DNA of 64,000 nucleotides from an uncultured Pseudomonadota bacterium (GTDB lineage Bacteria; Pseudomonadota; Alphaproteobacteria; RF32; CAG-239): NCBI GenBank assembly GCA_949300375.1, contig CASGEB010000004.1, positions 101 to 64,100 of the forward strand, read 5' to 3'. Shown piece by piece: positions 57,903 to 64,000 of this stretch (position 1 is its first letter; each line of letters starts with the position of its first letter). The notes under the pieces were generated by a model. It saw only the letters and a program-made list of their open reading frames with translations, ran no database searches and was not told where the DNA came from. The position numbers and the translations under genes were made by a program.

Positions 57903-59984
57903 TTACATTTTTCTGATAATTTCTTTTACCGCATCAAGCTTATAATAATCTTTGATATTGGCAGTATTTTCTGCGTAATGCCCGTCAACTTCCAAAGCCA
58001 GAATATTAGCCTGCTGGGTTAAAAAGTCCTTTCCGAGACTAATATTTTCACTGTTTTGAACCAGATAATCGGCATAACTGCGGGCATCCTGAATATTACC
58101 CTGCAGCAGACCGTTTCGGCGGGTGTATATTTTGCTGAAAACCAGAATGACAATCATTGCCGCACACAATAGCAGCGCCGCCCAGAAACTGATTTTGGCG
58201 CAAATAATAACGAAAGTCAGCCCCAGGAACAAAAGCGCCAGCGTTTTGCACAAAAGGTTGATGGCTTTGTTTTTCCACCGGATGCTGAAAAATACCAGAT
58301 AAAAGCCGAAAGCCAGTGAACTCGTCAGCAGCGAGATAAAAATCGGCAGCGTATCAAGCGACAGCAGGGCAATAAACCATTCCGTCAAAACCAGCATCCC
58401 GACGCTGAACAGTAAATATCCGGCATTCAGCTTGAGTGCAAACAGGTTAAACTTGCCTTTTATATCTTGTCCGACGTGCCGGGACGCGCGCTTGAGTTTC
58501 AGAATATTGTCCTTAACCTGTAAAACGGCGTCTTTTTTGCCAAACAGTTCTTGAACGGCGCGTTGTTCGTTTCTGTTCAGAACTTTCAAATTATCTGTTT
58601 TCTTAATCAACAGAATATTTCCGTCGGTATTCTGAATATCAATGATGTTTTTCTTGAACAAATCAAGCAAAAAGGCGCCGAAACTGATTTTGTCATAAGT
58701 TCCCTTCACCAGATAGCGCAGCATCATCGGGGTTTTTCTGAGCGAAAAAGTTGCTTTTTTCGGATTCTTCTGAATATATTTCCACGAGGCGGAATAAGCG
58801 CCGAGGATGACCAATAAGCCGATAAGGGCAAAGATGATGTCGCCGTAATCGGCAATAGCCCAAGCAATTTTGTTGGACAGCGTCGGCTTGTCAATAACGC
58901 CTTTGGGAATTTCTGCCGTAATATACATACCCTCGGCCAAAAAGAGCGGAGCTTTTGCAACAAAGCCGATAACGTTAGGCGCATCACGGGTAATGGTAAC
59001 GTCGTTAATGTTCAAATGTCCCGGATAGCCGGTGGCCATGCTTTGGGCAATCGGTTCGCTGCCTTTTGGCAGGATGATGCTGGCTCCTGCGCGGGCAATC
59101 ACCAAGTTCCAGGCGCTGCCCGTTACGTTCCAGAATATCTCGTCAAAATCGGAATAGTGCCAGATTTGCCGGTCGACGACATAGGTAAAGACATAACGGT
59201 AGACGCCGTTTTCCAAAGGAAAGTTTTTAACCGGCATCAAAAGCGTCGAGCCGCCTTTTTTGTCAACCTTATATTCCACCGGCATATCATTAATGGTAAC
59301 GCCGATAATACTTGTATCTGTTTTACGGATTTCTCCGTAACGGGAAACCACATTTCCCGGAACAGACAGAATAAGCGGCGATTTAAGTTTCTGCCCGTTT
59401 GCAATGACAATAATTGTTTCTTCAATTTTAAGCAGCCCGTCCGGCAAAACTTCTATCCGGGAAAACAAATACGGAATATGCTCAAAAGCCGGAACTCTGG
59501 TTCGCTGGTTAAACGGCGGCAGCAGGATGTCTATGGTCTTAATGGAAGAACCGGCCGTCGTCTGAGGCTGGCTGGAAATTGACGGCATTGCGGGAGCAGG
59601 GGGCGGGGCTGCCATTTGGTCTTCATTTTCTATGCGTTTGATGGCGTCTTCATAAATTTTCTGAAAAGTGGATTTTTGCGTTTCCATATCCTGAGGCAGC
59701 GGATCTTCTTCCACGCTGGTTGCCGTGCTTCCGTTGGAGGCGCTGTTGGGATCGTATTTGGTTACAATGGCATTTTTCAACCGCCCTTTCATATAATTAA
59801 ACATCTGCTTGGGCGAAGAAAAACTAACCTCGGAGGATGTTGCGCTGTTATCCGGCAAAATGCTGCTCTGGCGGATGCGGTTGGCTTCTTCCAGCGAAAT
59901 AACCTCCTGCGTCCCGGCATAAGAGTTATGCACCGTTGTCAGGAATGCTGCAATGAAATATATTGCAAAAAAAAGTTTTCTCAT
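57903..59984 (-). CDS. DUF2207-like large membrane protein
   Basis: Start moved to the ATG after AAGG. Signal peptide, FDEIFWNVTGSAWNLVI pattern and C-terminal multi-TM region. Confidence 0.5.
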   Translation of the reverse strand: MRKLFFAIYFIAAFLTTVHNSYAGTQEVISLEEANRIRQSSILPDNSATSSEVSFSSPKQMFNYMKGRLKNAIVTKYDPNSASNGSTATSVEEDPLPQDMETQKSTFQKIYEDAIKRIENEDQMAAPPPAPAMPSISSQPQTTAGSSIKTIDILLPPFNQRTRVPAFEHIPYLFSRIEVLPDGLLKIEETIIVIANGQKLKSPLILSVPGNVVSRYGEIRKTDTSIIGVTINDMPVEYKVDKKGGSTLLMPVKNFPLENGVYRYVFTYVVDRQIWHYSDFDEIFWNVTGSAWNLVIARAGASIILPKGSEPIAQSMATGYPGHLNINDVTITRDAPNVIGFVAKAPLFLAEGMYITAEIPKGVIDKPTLSNKIAWAIADYGDIIFALIGLLVILGAYSASWKYIQKNPKKATFSLRKTPMMLRYLVKGTYDKISFGAFLLDLFKKNIIDIQNTDGNILLIKKTDNLKVLNRNEQRAVQELFGKKDAVLQVKDNILKLKRASRHVGQDIKGKFNLFALKLNAGYLLFSVGMLVLTEWFIALLSLDTLPIFISLLTSSLAFGFYLVFFSIRWKNKAINLLCKTLALLFLGLTFVIICAKISFWAALLLCAAMIVILVFSKIYTRRNGLLQGNIQDARSYADYLVQNSENISLGKDFLTQQANILALEVDGHYAENTANIKDYYKLDAVKEIIRKM

Positions 59985-60081
59985 AAAATAATGCCTTATG
60001 TTAACCAAATAGATATATCTGCTATTGTAAGATACGAATTATTAAAATTATCATAATTTTTGAACTGGAGATAAAAAGATA

Positions 60082-60819
60082 ATGAATAACAGCAAAAAAA
60101 TCGCCGCAGTAATCCTTGGTGCCGGCAAGGGAACCAGAATGAAGTCCGATTTGCCGAAAGTAATGATGCCGCTGAAAGGCAAACCGATGATTCGGCATAT
60201 TCTGGAAACTTTGGAAAATATGGGGGTGGATAAGATAATCACCGTAGTTTCTCCGGACGGAAAAATGGTTGCCAAAGAAGTCGCGCCGTATGAAACCGCC
60301 GTTCAGGAAAAACAACTCGGCACCGGACACGCCGTATTGTCCGCCCGCAAAAACCTTTGCGGTTTTGAAGGCGATGTGCTGGTTATCTTCGGCGATAATC
60401 CGATTATCACCAAAGAAACTTTTTTAAATGCAATCAAAAAGCGCAGAGAAGGCTATGCCGTCGTTGTTTTGGGATTTCGTCCGGAAGATCCTGCTCGTTA
60501 CGGGCGTCTGATTGTTGAAAACGGCGAGCTGAAAGAAATTGTTGAATACAAAGACGCAACGGAAGAGCAAAGAAAGATTAACCTGTGCAATTCGGGCTGT
60601 ATGTGTTTTGACAGTTCGGAAATGTTTGAACTTTTGGGCGCCGTCAGTAATGAAAACGCCGCCGGCGAGTATTATTTAACAGATGTCGTAAGCATTGCCA
60701 ACCGTCGCGGGATGAAATGCGGCGTGGTTGAATGCAGTGCGGAAGAAGTTGCCGGAGCCAACACCCGCGAGGAACTGGCTTTGTTGGAAAAATACTTGGA
60801 TGCCCGAGAAGGAAAATAA
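60082..60819 (+). CDS. GlmU-like N-acetylglucosamine-1-phosphate uridyltransferase domain only
   Basis: ILGAGKGTRMKSDLPKV, QLGTGHA, ARYGRLIV and GEYYLTDV match the GlmU N-domain. The ORF stops where the left-handed beta-helix would begin. Confidence 0.75.
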   Translation: MNNSKKIAAVILGAGKGTRMKSDLPKVMMPLKGKPMIRHILETLENMGVDKIITVVSPDGKMVAKEVAPYETAVQEKQLGTGHAVLSARKNLCGFEGDVLVIFGDNPIITKETFLNAIKKRREGYAVVVLGFRPEDPARYGRLIVENGELKEIVEYKDATEEQRKINLCNSGCMCFDSSEMFELLGAVSNENAAGEYYLTDVVSIANRRGMKCGVVECSAEEVAGANTREELALLEKYLDAREGK

Positions 60820-61235
60820 TGCATTTTTTGAAACAATATTGGTTTGGAATATTTATCGGCCTGCTGATTTTTTGGTTTTTGGTCTTTTTTATGATTGTGG
60901 CCTTTGCGCCGCATCATGACAGTCAAAACCGCGGTTTTAGCCGCTGCACGGGAGAGTTGGCCGATAAAATTCAGGATTGTGAACAAAATCGTTTTTTCTG
61001 CACATTGGGAGCTGTCCTTTCCGGCGCCGGTTGCGACGTTAATGTAATTGCCGATGGTTTGGGAATGTGGCTGCGGGGAGAACAGCCCCGTCCGTGGAGC
61101 AACTATTATTTTACGCCCGATTTGTCTGCTCCTGAAGAAGACGAATATCTTGACGGGCAGGAAAAATACTATCAGGCGCATCCCGATATGCGGGAAACAA
61201 TGCGCCGGTTGAAAGCAATGAAAGGTGATATTTGA
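60819..61235 (+). CDS. hypothetical membrane-anchored Cys-containing protein
   Basis: Its ATG overlaps the upstream TAA (TAATG). One TM helix. No hexapeptide repeats. Confidence 0.5.
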   Translation: MHFLKQYWFGIFIGLLIFWFLVFFMIVAFAPHHDSQNRGFSRCTGELADKIQDCEQNRFFCTLGAVLSGAGCDVNVIADGLGMWLRGEQPRPWSNYYFTPDLSAPEEDEYLDGQEKYYQAHPDMRETMRRLKAMKGDI

Positions 61236-63025
61236 TGTCTGAAAAAAAAGAAAAACTTCCCGGCTGGGATTTGAGCGATTTATATAAAGGCATGGACGAT
61301 CCGGCCATAGAAAAAGACTTGGAAAAATACCAAAAGGACAACCTGTCCTTTGCAAAAAAATACAAAGGCAGGATTGCCGGATTAAGCGCGGCGGAATTTG
61401 CGAAAATGCTGCAAACTTATGAAAAAATGGCAATCAGGGCGGAAAATCTGGCCAGCTTTGCCAGCCTGAATATGAACACCCAGATGAAAAATGCCAAAGC
61501 CGTGGCCTTTTATCAGACCATCAGCGAAAAACTCACCGATTACGGCAAGCCGGTCGTTTTTTTTACGCTGGAAATCAACAAACTTTCCGATGCTCAGGTC
61601 AAAGAACTGTTGAAAGACAAAGCGGTTGCTTTTTACAAGCCGTGGCTGGAACGCGTCCGCCGTTTTAAGAAATATGAGCTTTCGGAGGAACTGGAAGAGC
61701 TTTTGCTGGAAAAATCGCTGACTTCCGGCAGCGCCTGGGTACGGCTGTATGAAGAAAGTTCGTCGCGCCTGGTTTATACCGTTGACGGCAAAAATTATAA
61801 CGATGCCGAAATCGGCAAACTTTTGCTGGACAAAGAACCAGCCGTCAGGGAAAAAGCCGGAAAAGAACTCAACCGCGTCAGCAAAGAAAATTCTGCGCTG
61901 TATTCCTTTATCTACAATATGGTCATCAAAGATAAGGCAACGGAAGACGCTAAACGCGGTTTCAAAACCCCGATAGCCGAACGCAATCTGGCCGAGAATG
62001 TGGAAGATGCGGCGGTTGAGGCGCTGGCTGAATCCGTGCGCAATAAATATGCCGAAATTTCGCACCGTTTTTACAAACTCAAAGCCAAATGGCTCGGCGT
62101 TAAAAAGATTCAGTATTGGGACAGAAACGCCCCGCTCCCTTTCTGCTATGATACGCATTACAGCTGGAAAGAGGCGGTTGACACCGTGCTGAACGCTTAT
62201 CACGAATTTTCACCCAAGCTCCATGCACAGGCGGTTGACTTTTTTAAGAACGACTGGATTGACGTGCCGCCGCGCGACGGCAAAAGAAGCGGCGCCTTTG
62301 CGCATTCCTGCTCCAACGAGATGCATCCGTATCTGTTTTTGAACTTTGTCGGCAAGCAAAATGACGTACTGACCCTGGCGCACGAGCTTGGACATGGTTG
62401 TCATATGCGTCTGAGCAAGGCTCAGGGGGCATTAAACGATGATATGCCGATGACTTTGGCCGAAGTCGCTTCCGTTTTTGGCGAGATGGTAACATTCCAG
62501 TCGCTGCTGCGCCAAACCAAAGATGATAAAGAGAAACTCTGTCTGATTGCCGGCAAGGTAAACGATATGATTAACACCGCATTGCGCCAAATCAGCTTTC
62601 ACTTTTTTGAAACCCGCGCCCATAATGAGCGCAAAAACGGCGAGCTTTCGGATGAGCGCTTGTGCCAAATCTGGGTCGAGGAAATGAAAGCCTGTCTTGG
62701 CCCGTCTGTGGTGGTTGATGAGAACTCTGCCCATATCTGGTCGCAGGTCGGACATTTCTTTTTCCTGCCGTTTTATGTCTACGCCTATTCTTTTGCCGAT
62801 TGCCTGGTCAATTCTCTGTATCAGGTCTATCAGGAGGGTTCGGTTAAGAATTTTGAAGACAAATATCTTGATATGCTGGCTCATACCGGCAGCAAGAAAT
62901 ATGACCAGCTGCTCAAACCTTTCGGCCTGGATGCCAAGAATCCGGAATTTTGGAATAAAGGGCTGAGCCTGATTTCTGGCTATATAGATGAGCTGGAACG
63001 GCTTGATAAAAAATTAAAGCTGTAA
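61232..63025 (+). CDS. pepF: M3B family oligoendopeptidase (PepF-like)
   Basis: 597 aa, LAHELGHGCH zinc motif, typical length. Confidence 0.85.
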   Translation: MMSEKKEKLPGWDLSDLYKGMDDPAIEKDLEKYQKDNLSFAKKYKGRIAGLSAAEFAKMLQTYEKMAIRAENLASFASLNMNTQMKNAKAVAFYQTISEKLTDYGKPVVFFTLEINKLSDAQVKELLKDKAVAFYKPWLERVRRFKKYELSEELEELLLEKSLTSGSAWVRLYEESSSRLVYTVDGKNYNDAEIGKLLLDKEPAVREKAGKELNRVSKENSALYSFIYNMVIKDKATEDAKRGFKTPIAERNLAENVEDAAVEALAESVRNKYAEISHRFYKLKAKWLGVKKIQYWDRNAPLPFCYDTHYSWKEAVDTVLNAYHEFSPKLHAQAVDFFKNDWIDVPPRDGKRSGAFAHSCSNEMHPYLFLNFVGKQNDVLTLAHELGHGCHMRLSKAQGALNDDMPMTLAEVASVFGEMVTFQSLLRQTKDDKEKLCLIAGKVNDMINTALRQISFHFFETRAHNERKNGELSDERLCQIWVEEMKACLGPSVVVDENSAHIWSQVGHFFFLPFYVYAYSFADCLVNSLYQVYQEGSVKNFEDKYLDMLAHTGSKKYDQLLKPFGLDAKNPEFWNKGLSLISGYIDELERLDKKLKL

Positions 63026-63058
63026 AACAAAAAGGGGAGGGCGGGAGTTCTCCCTTTT

Positions 63059-63373
63059 TTATTTCGGAATGTCATAAAGCCAACGGATAAAACCGAAACT
63101 GCTGAAATCAACCGGTATTTCATATCCGAACATTTCGGCAAAAGGGGCAATGAGCATATAGATAAGAATAACTGCACATAAAAGCCATCCTGCCAGCTTA
63201 AAACCGACCCGGACATAAGATATAACCTTTTCAAAAGTCTCTTTAAGCTTTCTCTCTGCCATTGCTTTGCCTTTCTTCGTTAGAAAGGGTACATTGCTAT
63301 AAGCTAAAAGACAAGAGAAATCTTGCCTTTTAGTTGCCTGGATGGATAGCCATTTGACGTGTCTCTTAAACAA
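63059..63373 (-). CDS. small membrane protein (start uncertain; the ATG at 63262 has the better SD)
   Basis: One TM helix (LAGWLLCAVILIYMLIAPF). Confidence 0.35.
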   Translation of the reverse strand: MFKRHVKWLSIQATKRQDFSCLLAYSNVPFLTKKGKAMAERKLKETFEKVISYVRVGFKLAGWLLCAVILIYMLIAPFAEMFGYEIPVDFSSFGFIRWLYDIPK

Positions 63374-63683
63374 AGAAACGCTGCCATATTAGCTTAACAG
63401 CATCCCAATGCAGAGCACCAATAATAAGAGCCAGAAAAAACAAAACTATATCTATACAAACAGCATAAGTCTCCGTTCTTGGATTTCTGGGAAAATTGAA
63501 TAAGTTTTCCGAGATAATGATAGCCGTAGCGAAAAGCAAATCAAATATTATCATAAGAAAATTTATGGCAATAACAGTATGCAATGCAAAAACGGTCATA
63601 AAAGAAAAAAATAAAGCGAATGCCGGTAAAACACTAATAAAACTTTTTATCCATCCAATTAATATTTCCTTTTTATTGCTCAT
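63366..63683 (-). CDS. small polytopic membrane protein
   Basis: 105 aa with 3 TM helices. Confidence 0.4.
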   Translation of the reverse strand: MSNKKEILIGWIKSFISVLPAFALFFSFMTVFALHTVIAINFLMIIFDLLFATAIIISENLFNFPRNPRTETYAVCIDIVLFFLALIIGALHWDAVKLIWQRFFV

Positions 63684-63696
63684 TTATCCTCTGAAA

Positions 63697-63945
63697 TTAT
63701 TTTTTATCTTTAAAAACATTATACCCCTTATTGATGGCTGTTCCGGTAATTTGCTCATAAACATTCCGCATAGGGGGAAAAAGGGTACGTCCAAAAAATT
63801 GTTGACCTACATAATTTCCTATGCTTCCTCCAACAGCCCCGACACTCATATTCTCGGCATAGTTTCCTAATGTTTCTCCAAGAGTATTTCCGTGTTCTGT
63901 TGTTCCTGCACCATAAAAACTACCATAAGCTGCAGCTTTTTTCAA
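63697..63945 (-). CDS. small glycine-rich protein
   Basis: 82 aa, TTG start right after an in-frame TAA. Has the glycine-zipper-like GAVGGSIGNYVG. Confidence 0.3.
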   Translation of the reverse strand: MKKAAAYGSFYGAGTTEHGNTLGETLGNYAENMSVGAVGGSIGNYVGQQFFGRTLFPPMRNVYEQITGTAINKGYNVFKDKK

Positions 63946-64000
63946 CGGAATTTTTTTTTATAACATTTCGATATGGTGCATTGGCAAGTTTTGATGCCCC

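Noticed and set aside
61382-62203. 273-aa minus-strand ORF. The same reasoning applies to 22992-23717, 25997-26653, 5737-6480 and 11652-12179.
   Set aside because: All of these lie antisense inside confidently recognised or much longer genes.

Overview
This 64-kb window reads like a chromosomal segment from an alphaproteobacterium-like organism, possibly host-associated. That lineage guess rests on a FlaF homologue, the suf/sec/suc gene context and a GSSPRMT-type palindromic element, and I cannot verify it without searches. Bases 1-29,750 and 46,900-64,000 are mostly housekeeping genes. They include tRNA-fMet, tRNA-Val, slyX, sufB, nlpD-like, yajC-secD-secF, gpsA, a sufCDS-sufT-sufE block, a sucCD-like pair, comF, an RND efflux operon, flaF and pepF. 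Bases ~29,750-46,850 look more A+T-rich by eye (not computed) and form an accessory island that ends at a tRNA-Thr gene. The island carries mostly monocistronic genes with strong terminators. Their products look like host-targeting or modifying enzymes: two GNATs, an ankyrin-like protein, an ELM1-like protein, a class III Fic, a PARP-like ADP-ribosyltransferase, an HExxH protein and an SGNH hydrolase.

The most unusual structure is the tRNA-proximal 7.3 kb (39.5-46.8 kb). It is an array of one- or two-gene cassettes separated by a conserved ~180-bp module. The module copies the T-loop-to-CCA end of tRNA-Thr plus its downstream terminator and inverted repeat. No recombinase or transposase gene is visible in the window. 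A further tRNA-Thr-like fragment lies inside a densely structured 280-bp region at 32.7-33.0 kb.

Other notable points:
- The SucD-like protein has Tyr in place of the catalytic phospho-histidine, and its SucC partner has degenerate motifs.
- SufD carries a Cys/His-rich insert.
- sufB is detached from the rest of the suf locus.
- GlmU is truncated to its uridyltransferase domain.
- A DEAD-box-like protein has only half the helicase core.

All functional calls come from motif recognition by eye. No database search was possible.
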